Below, piece after piece: positions 8,050 through 16,700 of a stretch of DNA of 43,988 nt. Origin of the DNA: a virus (lineage: Duplodnaviria; Caudoviricetes); IMG/VR virus record IMGVR_UViG_3300014208_000067, positions 1 through 43,988 of that record; one strand, 5' to 3'. The translations under genes were made by a program, and so were the position numbers. The notes under the pieces are model-generated. The model worked only from the letters and a program-made list of their open reading frames with translations, had not been told where the DNA came from and ran no database searches. Each line of letters begins with the position of its first letter. The stretch's first letter is position 1.

Positions 8050-8297
8050 CGGTATCAGGTGGCCCCTGATGCCGTCTTCCTCAAGACCTGGATCAGCCAC
8101 CCAGGCCGCCCGGGTTGATCTCCGGGTGCAAATTTACCCGCCAGCAGCATGCTGTTGGTCAGGGCCGCTCCAGGAACATCTCCAGGAGCGGCCCTCCCTA
8201 TTTCCAGGGACGGCAGCCGCACCTAGTCTAGGTCGGGCGCGTCCACGGCAGGCGGTAAAACCCTGCCGTTAATTCCGCCGCCTCCGGGCGGCTTTTT
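8050..8297 (+). ncRNA. Candidate structured RNA made of about nine back-to-back hairpins
   Basis: Stems at 8050-8074, 8074-8087, 8090-8121, 8123-8140, 8141-8158, 8161-8195 (perfect 11 bp), 8195-8210, 8221-8233, 8245-8269 (perfect 8 bp), then a terminator; no credible ORF. Confidence 0.55.
8277..8297 (+). terminator. Rho-independent terminator
   Basis: GCCGCC-TCCG-GGCGGC followed by TTTTT. Confidence 0.8.
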
Positions 8298-8305
8298 CAT
8301 GGCCG

Positions 8306-8530
8306 TCACGGTTTGGCCTCTTGGAGCCTCTGCATGAGGGAGCCGAGGTTGGACACCCTGGCGGCCATCAGGGCCAACAGTTCGGCGTAGACCTTGGCGC
8401 GTGGCTTGTGGCGCCCGGCGGCCCACCCCTGGATGGTGCGAATGTTGTGCCCCGTTTCGCGGGCCATCGGCGTTTGCCATGACGGCCCCCAAAGGGCAAG
8501 GCCGGATTCGATGATGAGGGGATTGGTCAT
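8306..8530 (-). CDS. Small HTH protein
   Basis: ALWGPSWQTPMARETGHNIRTIQGWAAG Cro/XRE-like HTH. Confidence 0.8.
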   Translation of the reverse strand: MTNPLIIESGLALWGPSWQTPMARETGHNIRTIQGWAAGRHKPRAKVYAELLALMAARVSNLGSLMQRLQEAKP

Positions 8531-8533
8531 TGG

Positions 8534-8764
8534 TCAAGCCTCGTCAGATTTACGTTTGCCGGGCCAGTCGTGCATATTGTTGAGCCCGTCGTGAAAGCAC
8601 TAAATGAACGGAAGGCAAATCTCTTCGCCGTTGTCCTCGTATCGGTTCCAGCACAGGGCGCCATCGGTATGGTCAACGATCCCGTGCGGTTTCCCTTGAT
8701 ACGTGATGGTGGTACCCTTGCGGGGGCGGCTTTCGGCAAACTTTGAAATGTGGTCGTCAAACAT
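8534..8764 (-). pseudogene. Small gene with in-frame TAG at codon 55 (or a 54 aa protein)
   Basis: AGGAG RBS, MFDDHISKFAESRPRKG...LPFI*CFHDGLNNMHDWPGKRKSDEA*; TAG at 8600-8602; second stop 3 nt before the next start. Confidence 0.5.
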
Positions 8765-8854
8765 CTAGTCAATCTCCTGTCTGACTGTGGCACTCGCCAA
8801 GCCGGCCACGTTCTGCGGCCGGTGGGGAGAGGGTCACAGTCGTAAGCGGCCTCG

Positions 8855-9089
8855 TCAAACCGGGCGGATTCGAAGTCGCGCGATCGGCGCCCACAAGGTT
8901 TCAATCGTATCGCTGCTGGGCAGTAGGCGGACGGCTCTTAGGTGCTGCAACGTGGTCCCGTCCACATCATATTCGTGCATTTCTTGGGCCGTATCGATGG
9001 CCATTGACTCGGTAGAGCACGGCAGGGAAAGCATCATCCCGCCTAGTTTGGCAATCTACCCAGATGACGGCGATTATCTCGTTACGCAT
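8855..9089 (-). pseudogene. Probable frameshifted small gene
   Basis: AAGGAG RBS and ATG at 9089 (MRNEIIAVIWVDCQT...) stops at 8967, while a protein-like frame without its own RBS (MMLSLPCSTESMAIDTAQEMHEY...) continues to 8855. Confidence 0.4.
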
Positions 9090-9183
9090 GGCGCAATCTC
9101 CTTTTTGGAACGTGTAATAAATCGTTACAAGTTGGCTTGGTGGCACTCACGCGTGCCCCGCCGAAACGGGGCACTGGAGAGGG

Positions 9184-9366
9184 TCACGCGAAGAGATTTA
9201 CCGCAAGACGAACCGCATCGCGAAGGTACATGGTGCGCGGGCCTGTCCAGCAATGACCCCTATCAATGACGCGAGCCTGATAGATGCTGCGGTTGCCCGC
9301 GACATACTCGCGACGCTCAACAAAGAGGATAATGCGAAAGCGGCCATATGAAAACGAGCGGGTCAT
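9184..9366 (-). CDS. Small hypothetical protein, first gene of leftward cassette
   Basis: AGGAG RBS, ATG at 9366, downstream of a strong promoter. Confidence 0.6.
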   Translation of the reverse strand: MTRSFSYGRFRIILFVERREYVAGNRSIYQARVIDRGHCWTGPRTMYLRDAVRLAVNLFA

Positions 9367-9406
9367 CTCAATCTCTCCTGTGTATCCGTCCGGTCTCGAT
9401 TGCGTA

Positions 9407-9435
9407 AAGATACGGCATAGCGTGGGGTAAGTCAA
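9407..9435 (-). promoter_or_regulatory. Leftward sigma70 promoter of moron-like cassette
   Basis: Minus strand TTGACT-N17-TATCTT. Confidence 0.75.
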
Positions 9436-9454
9436 CAACTATTTTTGGTTGGCC

Positions 9455-9682
9455 ATGAAAAGATACATCGTGCGTGGGGCATGGGAAGATGGTGGAGATG
9501 AAAATCTGTCCCGCTCGATGACGGTCCACGCCTCTGAGCCCGAGATTGTCGAGACTGGCCTGGTGGACCAAAACGGCGATGCGATCTGTACGCAGTGGGC
9601 ACCGGAGCCGGTAGGATTCCATCTGGCGCAATGGGGGTATCAAATGGGCTGCAAAAAAGGCAAGGGCGGGAAGAAGAAGTAG
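9455..9682 (+). CDS. Small hypothetical protein
   Basis: ETGLVDQNGDAI...EPVGF motif, Lys/Gly tail. Confidence 0.65.
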   Translation: MKRYIVRGAWEDGGDENLSRSMTVHASEPEIVETGLVDQNGDAICTQWAPEPVGFHLAQWGYQMGCKKGKGGKKK

Positions 9683-9688
9683 GGTGTG

Positions 9689-9973
9689 ATGGCAAAGCGC
9701 AAGCACCTCTTTCACCCCGACGAAATCAGGGAAAAAATTAAGGCCAGTCAGCTTGTTAACAGGTTGACGGCAAACGCTTTGGGCGAAATTGATCCCGAAC
9801 TTTCGAGCGGACAGGTGAAAAGCATTGAAATCCTGCTGCGAAAGTCAATTCCTGATGTGTCATCGATTGCGCTGACCGGCAAGGATGGCGGGCCGATTGA
9901 GACAAAGGACGTGTCGGAGGCGGAATTGGCGCGGCGCCTGGCCTTTCTGCTTTCGCGCGGCGTGCGGGAATAA
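9689..9973 (+). CDS. terS: Terminase small subunit-like protein
   Basis: IREKIKASQLVNRL...IEILLRKSIPD and C-terminal LTGKDGGPIET typical of TerS; first gene of late operon. Confidence 0.7.
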   Translation: MAKRKHLFHPDEIREKIKASQLVNRLTANALGEIDPELSSGQVKSIEILLRKSIPDVSSIALTGKDGGPIETKDVSEAELARRLAFLLSRGVRE

Positions 9974-10000
9974 CACCCTACGGTTGAAAGAGGTGGTTTT

Positions 10001-11197
10001 TTGATCCTTCCCGACTATCCCCCGCTGTGGTCTGCCGAAGTTGAGGCTCGTGTCAGGGCCTTGCGCCCGGTCGATCCGCAGTTGGGCAAGCTGCCGGCCA
10101 CGGTGGAGTACTGTAGCCGGTGCGTGATGTCTAATCAGCGGCCCCGGGTCACGTTTGAGGGCGGCGTTTGTTCGGCCTGCCGCTACAAAGAGAGCCAGGC
10201 CGCGCGGGGCTGGTCGGGCCGGAAGCGTGAGTTTGACGCCCTTCTGGATAGGCACCGCCGGCCGTCCGGGTATGACTGCATCGTTCCCACTTCCGGGGGC
10301 AAGGACAGCGGGCCTATAGCGCACAAGGTCAAGGCGCTGGGTATGCACCCCCTGGCCGTGAAGTGGGCACCGTTCGGATATACCGACATCGGCTGGAAGA
10401 ATTTCCAGAGCTTCGTCCATTCCGGATTTGACTGCGTGACGTGCTTCCCGAACGGCCACGTCATGCGCAAGCTGGCGCGGCTCTCTCTTGAGCTGCTCGG
10501 GGACAACTTCCAGCCGTTCGTCTACGGCCAGCTTTTCTACTGTCTTCACATGGCCAAGGCTTTTGGCATTCCGCTTATTTTCTTCGGTGAGAACGGAGAG
10601 GCCGAGTACGGCGGGGATTCGTCGTGCGACAAGCCCTCATGGGGTTTCGACGATTGGGAGCGGGTTTATCTCAAGGGTGCCGGGGTCAACTCCCTTGTTG
10701 ATGTTGGGGTTGAAGTTGGGGCCTTCACCGAGGACGAGCGGGCCTACGTGTCGCCGTTCTTCTCGCCACCCCCGGACACGAGCGGGCTTGAGGTCCATTG
10801 GTGGTCCTATTATCACCACTGGCATCCCCAGGCCAATTACTACTACGCCGCCGAACACCTTGGATTCGAGGGCAACCCGGAGGGCCGCAGCGAGGGGACG
10901 TATTCCCGCTATGCCTCACTCGACGACCGAATGGATGGATTCCACTACTATATGGGGGTCGTGAAGTTCGGCATCGGCCGGTGTACCTCTGACGCGGCGC
11001 ACGAGATCAGGGACGGGGACATCACGCGGGAAGAAGGGGTCGCGCGGGTAAGGAAGTACGACGGGGATTTCCCGGCGCGGCACTATCCCGAGTTCCTGGC
11101 ATACCACGGCATGACGGACGAACACTTTCAGGAGATTTGCGACCGCTGGCGCCGGCCGGAAATTTGGGACGGGCGAAAGCTGAGGAACCAGATTTGA
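10001..11197 (+). CDS. N-acetyl sugar amidotransferase (WbuX/WbpG/PseA/PtmG family)
   Basis: YCSRCVMSNQRPR...GVCSAC, YDCIVPTSGGKDS PP-loop, GENGEAEYGG, SLDDRMDGFHYY...KFGIGR. Confidence 0.95.
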   Translation: MILPDYPPLWSAEVEARVRALRPVDPQLGKLPATVEYCSRCVMSNQRPRVTFEGGVCSACRYKESQAARGWSGRKREFDALLDRHRRPSGYDCIVPTSGGKDSGPIAHKVKALGMHPLAVKWAPFGYTDIGWKNFQSFVHSGFDCVTCFPNGHVMRKLARLSLELLGDNFQPFVYGQLFYCLHMAKAFGIPLIFFGENGEAEYGGDSSCDKPSWGFDDWERVYLKGAGVNSLVDVGVEVGAFTEDERAYVSPFFSPPPDTSGLEVHWWSYYHHWHPQANYYYAAEHLGFEGNPEGRSEGTYSRYASLDDRMDGFHYYMGVVKFGIGRCTSDAAHEIRDGDITREEGVARVRKYDGDFPARHYPEFLAYHGMTDEHFQEICDRWRRPEIWDGRKLRNQI

Positions 11198-11682
11198 TCG
11201 ACATCATCGGGAGCGGCGGGCATGCAGGGGCGATATCAGGCGTGCTGGATGCCTTGCACCTGCCTTGGCGGATGGTGGAGGAACCTGCGGGCCTGGTTGT
11301 TATCGGGGTTGGTGACATAGACGTGCGACGATCCTTGTTCGACCGGTACGACGCATGGTTCCCGATCATCGATCCAACAGCCATCGTGAGGGGTGACATC
11401 GGGAAAGCCGTGCAAATCATGGCTGGGGCCGTAATCCAGCCTAATGCGCTGATTGGGGACAACACGCTGGTCAACACGGGCGCGCGGATCGACCACGATT
11501 GCATCGTTGGCCAGCACTGCCATATTGCACCTGGCGCTGTGCTTTGTGGTGGGGTGCGGATTGGCGACGGTTCGTTTATCGGGGCTGGGTCGATCATCGT
11601 GCAGGGTGTCAAGATTCCGCCGGGTTCGTTCGTGCCTGCCGGGGCGCTGGTGGCAGGGGATGGGGACGTCAGGAAGCGATGA
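11194..11682 (+). CDS. neuD: NeuD/PglD-family sugar acetyltransferase (hexapeptide repeat)
   Basis: IIGSGGHA, IGVGD, VNTGARIDHDC, HIAPG, left-handed beta-helix repeats; TTG start overlapping previous stop. Confidence 0.92.
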   Translation: MIDIIGSGGHAGAISGVLDALHLPWRMVEEPAGLVVIGVGDIDVRRSLFDRYDAWFPIIDPTAIVRGDIGKAVQIMAGAVIQPNALIGDNTLVNTGARIDHDCIVGQHCHIAPGAVLCGGVRIGDGSFIGAGSIIVQGVKIPPGSFVPAGALVAGDGDVRKR

Positions 11683-12503
11683 CCCTGGCCGTCCGCATCG
11701 TTGCCAGGCTCGATATCAAGTCGCCAAGCCTGATCAAGATGCGCCGCTATGAGGGGGTGCGAGTGGTCGGCAACCCAAGGGATTATGCATCGATCGACGC
11801 GGACGAAATCGTTTACATGGACGTCGTGGCGTCGCTAAACGGCTTCAACAGCCTTGATTGGCTTGTCGAACACACCACGGCGGAAACATTCGTGCCGGTG
11901 ACTGTTGGTGGCGGCGTTCGGTCAGTCGATGATGCGCGGCGGCTGTTCAACGCTGGGGCCGACAAGATCGCGTTGAACACGGCGGCGATTGAACGGCCAA
12001 GCCTGATCGACGAATTGGCCCATAAGTACGGTTCCCAGGCCGTTGTAATCCAGGTCGACGCCAGCGGGACCGGAGAGGCATGGTGCGACGGTGGGCGTCA
12101 GCCGACCGGCAAAAAGGCTACTGAGTGGGCACGCGAGGCGGTCGATAGGGGCGCCGGGGAGGTTCTGCTCACGTCCATAGACCGCGAGGGCATGGGGGCG
12201 GGATACGGGCTGGACCTGATCCATGAGGTTTCGTGGTTAAGTGTCCCGGTGATGGCGTCCGGCGGGTATGGGCGGCCGGAGCACATGGTAGAGGCTGTGC
12301 GGGCCGGGGCTTCGGCCGTCGCGGCCCATGTGACGCATTTGGGCGATTTGGTTGGCATTCGGCGGGCGATGGCCGATGCCGGATTTCCAGTAAGGGGTGT
12401 TAGGCATGAACAGATACGAGCAAGTGTTCCAGCCGGTTGTGGGGTCGACCGTCACGAGCTTCAACTCGACGCTGGGCAGCGCGTCGGTAGCGTATGCCAT
12501 TGA
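11679..12503 (+). CDS. hisF: HisF-like cyclase subunit (WbuZ type) partnering the amidotransferase
   Basis: RIVARLDIK, FVPVTVGGGVRS, GADKIALNTAA, GAGEVLLTSIDREG, ASGG. Confidence 0.92.
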   Translation: MTLAVRIVARLDIKSPSLIKMRRYEGVRVVGNPRDYASIDADEIVYMDVVASLNGFNSLDWLVEHTTAETFVPVTVGGGVRSVDDARRLFNAGADKIALNTAAIERPSLIDELAHKYGSQAVVIQVDASGTGEAWCDGGRQPTGKKATEWAREAVDRGAGEVLLTSIDREGMGAGYGLDLIHEVSWLSVPVMASGGYGRPEHMVEAVRAGASAVAAHVTHLGDLVGIRRAMADAGFPVRGVRHEQIRASVPAGCGVDRHELQLDAGQRVGSVCH

Positions 12504-12738
12504 GAGCACCCTGCGGAAGTGGCAGGGGCCCGGTTCCCGCACGGTTCGGGTGCAGGGTCTCTCGGCGACCACGCCGTTCTATGTTGCCTTCGGATCGTCG
12601 CTGGTTTCTGCGGTGGTGGGCACGGCCATGATGGTTTTGGGCGGCGACATCATCAAGGTCGGACCGTCGCAGAGCTACATCGCGTGTGTGTCGTCGACGG
12701 ATGTTGTGGTCAACGTGACACCTGGGTATGGGGGATAG
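12406..12738 (+). CDS. Small Ser/Thr-rich beta protein, probable virion decoration protein
   Basis: 110 aa, about 23% S+T; VRV...FYVAFG...YIACV...VNVTPGYG; overlaps hisF 3' end by 98 nt. Confidence 0.7.
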   Translation: MNRYEQVFQPVVGSTVTSFNSTLGSASVAYAIESTLRKWQGPGSRTVRVQGLSATTPFYVAFGSSLVSAVVGTAMMVLGGDIIKVGPSQSYIACVSSTDVVVNVTPGYGG

Positions 12739-12747
12739 GAGACAATC

Positions 12748-13302
12748 TTGATTCTCGGTATCATCCCCGCTCGCGGCGGGTCGGTTCGGCTGCCGCGAAA
12801 GAACATCAAGAATCTATGCGGCAAGCCCATGCTGGCATATACGATCCAGACTGCGAAGAAGTCGCGCATCGACAGATTAGTTGTCAGCACGGAAGATGCC
12901 GAGATAGCGGACGTTGCCGAAGCCTACGGGGCCGAGGTTTTCAACCGCAATCCGAAGTTCGGTGACGGGTCTGTATACGACGCTATCTTCGAGGTCATGG
13001 ACCAGATCCCATCAGAATGGGTCGTGCTGTTGCAGCCGACCTCTCCGTTGCGGGTTCCCTGCGACGTCAACGCCTGCATCGACCTTTGCCGGGCCACCGC
13101 ATCACCAGCGTGCGTATCGTGCGACTTCGGGGTTCCGGTGCCCAACGGGGCTGTGTATGTGGCCTATTCCTCGTGGTTGCGGGAACACCGGAATTTCGAT
13201 GGTCCGCGCACGGTGGTTTATCAGATGCCGTCCTATCGGTCGGTCGATATCGATGTCATGGCCGATTTCGAGCGGGCCGAAGCCCTGATGAGGGCCGCGT
13301 GA
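12748..13302 (+). CDS. neuA: Acylneuraminate cytidylyltransferase (CMP-nonulosonic acid synthetase)
   Basis: IIPARGGSVRLPRKN, VVSTED, LLQPTSPLR, NGAVY, SVDID. Confidence 0.95.
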   Translation: MILGIIPARGGSVRLPRKNIKNLCGKPMLAYTIQTAKKSRIDRLVVSTEDAEIADVAEAYGAEVFNRNPKFGDGSVYDAIFEVMDQIPSEWVVLLQPTSPLRVPCDVNACIDLCRATASPACVSCDFGVPVPNGAVYVAYSSWLREHRNFDGPRTVVYQMPSYRSVDIDVMADFERAEALMRAA

Positions 13303-14234
13303 ACCCATTTTCACGGCTTTACGCGACGTGCAATGCCGGAACCAATGGGGAAAAGATGGCGGGCCTTGCTTCGTTTCCGTCGTTGATCGACGTCGAATTA
13401 ACGAACGCCTGTAACTTTCGGTGCCTGATGTGCCCGACCGGGAACAAGGCCATGCGTCGGGTGTCTGGGTTCATGCCAGCGGAGGTGTGGGCTAGGCTGC
13501 TTGATGAATGCCGGGAATGGAAACCGGCCCTTCGGTTCATCGGGTGGGGCGAACCAACACTGCATCCAAGGTTGAGCGAGTTCGTGTGGCAGGCTTCGCA
13601 AGCTGGCATGTTGACGCATATCAACACGAACGGGTCGAAGCTGACCGAAAGCCTGGCCGTCAAACTGATTGACGCTGGGCTGGATTCAATCAAGTTCTCG
13701 TTTCAGGGGGTTGATCGGAAATCCTACGCGGAAATGAGGAATACGGATTTCTTCGACGGCCTTCTGGAAGTGGTGGGAATGGTTTGGCGCCTTGGCAACG
13801 GCAAGCCGTATATCCAGGTTTCCACCACGACAACTTATGAGCCGCCGGAACAGGTCGAGGAATTCAAGAACCTGTTCGGGCAGATCGCCGATCAGGTGAC
13901 CGTGGGAAAGACGATTTTCTCTCATATGGACATGGGCGCCGTCAGGCTGCGGCCGGATGAAGTGACGCGGTTGGCATCGTTGAGCGCATTCGAACCAAAG
14001 TTGAAGCATCCCGATCCATGCCCGGAGGTTTTCGACAAGCTGACGGTACAATGGGATGGAAGCGTGAGGGTATGCTGCAACGACTATGACGGCATCACTA
14101 ACCTGGGAAACATTCTCGAAAAACCGCTTGCGGAGATTTGGAGGGCAAAGACCATAGAGGACTACCGGGCTTCCTTGGCCGGGAATAATTATTCCGGCCC
14201 GCTGTGCGCCAACTGCTGGAATTACATCGCATGA
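13299..14234 (+). CDS. Radical SAM/SPASM(twitch) domain protein
   Basis: CNFRCLMC, GWGEPTLHP, INTNG, C-terminal CPEVF...WDGSVRVCC...CANC. Confidence 0.93.
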   Translation: MNPFSRLYATCNAGTNGEKMAGLASFPSLIDVELTNACNFRCLMCPTGNKAMRRVSGFMPAEVWARLLDECREWKPALRFIGWGEPTLHPRLSEFVWQASQAGMLTHINTNGSKLTESLAVKLIDAGLDSIKFSFQGVDRKSYAEMRNTDFFDGLLEVVGMVWRLGNGKPYIQVSTTTTYEPPEQVEEFKNLFGQIADQVTVGKTIFSHMDMGAVRLRPDEVTRLASLSAFEPKLKHPDPCPEVFDKLTVQWDGSVRVCCNDYDGITNLGNILEKPLAEIWRAKTIEDYRASLAGNNYSGPLCANCWNYIA

Positions 14235-15070
14235 TCCCGCACGCTTCCCCAAACCTGTCGGGCCGCGAGAGCGAGTATGTCGACGAGGTTCTGGCGTCGA
14301 CATGGGTAGGGCCAGAGGGGCCATTTGTTGAGCGCCTGGAGGATATGGTTGCCAGAGCGGCCGGGCGCGGGTGGGCCGTGGCGACCACGACGGGAACCAG
14401 CGCGCTCGAATCTGCGGCGGTTGTTCTCGGGCTGAATGGGGCCATGCCGGTTCAGCGCCTGGCATTTCCGGCAATGCGGAACGTCCTGACCAACCTTGGA
14501 TGCGATATCATCGAGGTTGAAGGTGGGGAAAACCACGACACGGCGTTCTATGGGGCGTTGTGCGACCGGGCGCCTGCCATTGGCGAACCCCCAACGGGTG
14601 CCTCTCTAGAGTGCTATTCGTTTGCCGCGAACAAGGTTGTCACCTGCGGCCACGGGGGCGTGGTGGTTGGGGATGATATCATTCTCGAATCGGCCGTGCG
14701 CTCGGTGATCAAGCAAGGATACGGGCGAAGCGGCATCTTCAATTCGCGGATGGCGAACGTGAACGCGGCCATCGGCTGCGCGCAGATGGAACGGCTCGAT
14801 GAGTTCAAGGCAACCAAACGAAGGATATGGGAGCGATATCGGGACTCCGGAATCGACCTGATGGACCGTGGCGCCAGCCGGTGGCTTTGCACCCTAAATG
14901 GGACGCATGACGGACTGGTCGAGAAAATGAAAATGAAGGGGATCGAATGCCGGACGGAACCGTGCGGAGTGAGCCTGCCTTGCTCGACTCACCTTTCGGA
15001 ACTGGACCAGGACAGAGTAATCGCCGCGTACTGGTCGTTACAAGTGGGCGGGCCGACGCAACTCCCCTGA
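14231..15070 (+). CDS. DegT/DnrJ family PLP aminotransferase, LegC-like
   Basis: STWVGPEGPFVERLE, TTGTSAL, YSFAANKVVTCGHGG (PLP lysine), NSRMANVNAAIGCAQME, VSLPCS. Confidence 0.88.
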   Translation: MIPHASPNLSGRESEYVDEVLASTWVGPEGPFVERLEDMVARAAGRGWAVATTTGTSALESAAVVLGLNGAMPVQRLAFPAMRNVLTNLGCDIIEVEGGENHDTAFYGALCDRAPAIGEPPTGASLECYSFAANKVVTCGHGGVVVGDDIILESAVRSVIKQGYGRSGIFNSRMANVNAAIGCAQMERLDEFKATKRRIWERYRDSGIDLMDRGASRWLCTLNGTHDGLVEKMKMKGIECRTEPCGVSLPCSTHLSELDQDRVIAAYWSLQVGGPTQLP

Positions 15071-15930
15071 CACACCTTATCCGACTGGTTAATGGGCTCA
15101 CCATAAGCCTGGAGGGCCTGCCGCCGTATTGCTGCGTTTCAGAGACGGCGTATTGGATCGATCGCTTCAAACCGGATGTTCTTCTGGTCTTAGGTGATCG
15201 GTTCGAGATTTTGGGCGCGTGCCTCGCCGCGACAGTGGCGAAGATTCCGATAGCCCACATTCACGGCGGGGAGTGTTCTTTCGGAAGTTTCGACGACCAG
15301 ATCCGTCACGCGGTTACGAAGCTGGCGCATCTGCATTTCGCAGCGACCGAGGAATATGCTTCCCGGCTTCAACACATGGGAGAGCGTAGGGTTTGGGTCA
15401 TGGGGGCGCCTGGACTCGACAACCTTCGAAACATGCCGCCGCGAAGAAGGGGAAAATACTTCGTTCTGACGTTTCATCCGGCAACGACCGCCGATGAAGA
15501 CCCGCGTGATGTCGTTGCGGCCCTTGGGGAGTTTCCGGAGTACGGTGTGGTCTGGACGGGGGTGAATAACGATCCTGGGTCTGATCTCATACGTGGGGCA
15601 TTCCCGTGGCCCGAGACGCCCCTTGATGGGGGGGGGTACGTCGCTGCTTGCAGAGGCGCGGCGGCGATCATAGGAAATTCGTCATCCGGATTGATCGAGG
15701 CCCCGGTCATGAAAGTCCCGACGGTCAATATCGGACGAAGGCAGGACGGGAGATCACGAGGGCCATCGGTGGTGGATGTTCCGATGGGTGGGATAGTGGG
15801 GGGCATACGGAAGGTCCTAGAATACACCGGCCCGTTCGATTCGCCATATGGAGGTTTCGGGGCTTCTAGGCGAATTGCAAATGTCCTCGCAACGGCAGAC
15901 CTGGAATTATCGAAGCCATGGCATTGGTGA
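14947..15930 (+). CDS. neuC: Hydrolysing NDP-N-acetylglucosamine 2-epimerase (NeuC/LegG); start uncertain
   Basis: VVTSGRAD, LGDRFE, HIHGGE...DDQIRHAVTKLAHLHF, TFHP, IGNSSSGLIEAP, NIGRRQDGR. Confidence 0.93.
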   Translation: MPDGTVRSEPALLDSPFGTGPGQSNRRVLVVTSGRADATPLTHLIRLVNGLTISLEGLPPYCCVSETAYWIDRFKPDVLLVLGDRFEILGACLAATVAKIPIAHIHGGECSFGSFDDQIRHAVTKLAHLHFAATEEYASRLQHMGERRVWVMGAPGLDNLRNMPPRRRGKYFVLTFHPATTADEDPRDVVAALGEFPEYGVVWTGVNNDPGSDLIRGAFPWPETPLDGGGYVAACRGAAAIIGNSSSGLIEAPVMKVPTVNIGRRQDGRSRGPSVVDVPMGGIVGGIRKVLEYTGPFDSPYGGFGASRRIANVLATADLELSKPWHW

Positions 15931-16700
15931 TTGCTGAAATCGGCGTCAACCATAACGGCGATATGGATCTGGCCATCGAATTGATGGCGGTTGCCGAGGA
16001 ATGCGGGGCCGATGCCGTTAAATTCCAATTATTCGACCCGGCCAAGCTTGAGCATCCAGGCCCAAGACGGGAAATGCTGAAAGACTTGGCTTTGACCTGC
16101 AAGCAGATGGCTGACCTCAAACGCCGTTGCCGAGTGCGATTCATCTGTACGCCATTCGATCCCGATTCTGCGAGATTTCTGATCGACGATTTGAACGTTA
16201 CGGTCAAGATCGGATCGGCCGACCTGGACAACGTTGTGCTGATGAATGCGGTACGTGGGGCAGATGTCATCTTGTCGACCGGCATGGCGACAATGGGCAT
16301 GGTTGCCGATGCGGTCGTAATCGTCGGGACAGCTTCCCTATTGCATTGCGTTTCATCCTATCCGACGCCGGTAGACCAAGTGAATCTGCTGGCCATGAAC
16401 GAATTGAAGGTGTTCGGGCTGCCTGTAGGTTTGTCCGACCACACGAAAAGTGTGGTCGTTCCGGCCGTTGCCGTGGGAATGGGGGCGGCGATCATCGAAA
16501 AGCACATCACCCTTGATTGCGGCATGGAAGGCCCTGACCACTGCGCTTCCATGGAGCCTTATGAATTCGCTGAAATGGTCAGGAACGTCAGGGAAGCCGA
16601 GCGTGCGTTGGGCGATGGAATCAAGAAACCATCCCCGTGCGAGGCTAGGGTTATTAAAATTGCCAGGGAGAGAGCTGAGTGGCGATCAAGGACCGGCTGA
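15918..16700 (+). CDS. neuB: N-acetylneuraminate/legionaminate synthase (NeuB/LegI), lacking C-terminal SAF domain
   Basis: IAEIGVNHNGD, DAVKFQ, KIGS, LSTGM, LHCVSSYP, GLSDH, IEKHITL, GPDH. Confidence 0.95.
   Translation: MALVIAEIGVNHNGDMDLAIELMAVAEECGADAVKFQLFDPAKLEHPGPRREMLKDLALTCKQMADLKRRCRVRFICTPFDPDSARFLIDDLNVTVKIGSADLDNVVLMNAVRGADVILSTGMATMGMVADAVVIVGTASLLHCVSSYPTPVDQVNLLAMNELKVFGLPVGLSDHTKSVVVPAVAVGMGAAIIEKHITLDCGMEGPDHCASMEPYEFAEMVRNVREAERALGDGIKKPSPCEARVIKIARERAEWRSRTG

Noticed and set aside
8050-8297. tRNA or tmRNA
   Set aside because: No cloverleaf, no T-loop GTTCRA consensus, no CCA acceptor end
11679-12503. HisF as a histidine-biosynthesis auxiliary gene
   Set aside because: Context next to an N-acetyl sugar amidotransferase matches the WbuX/WbuZ ammonia-channelling role; no other his genes
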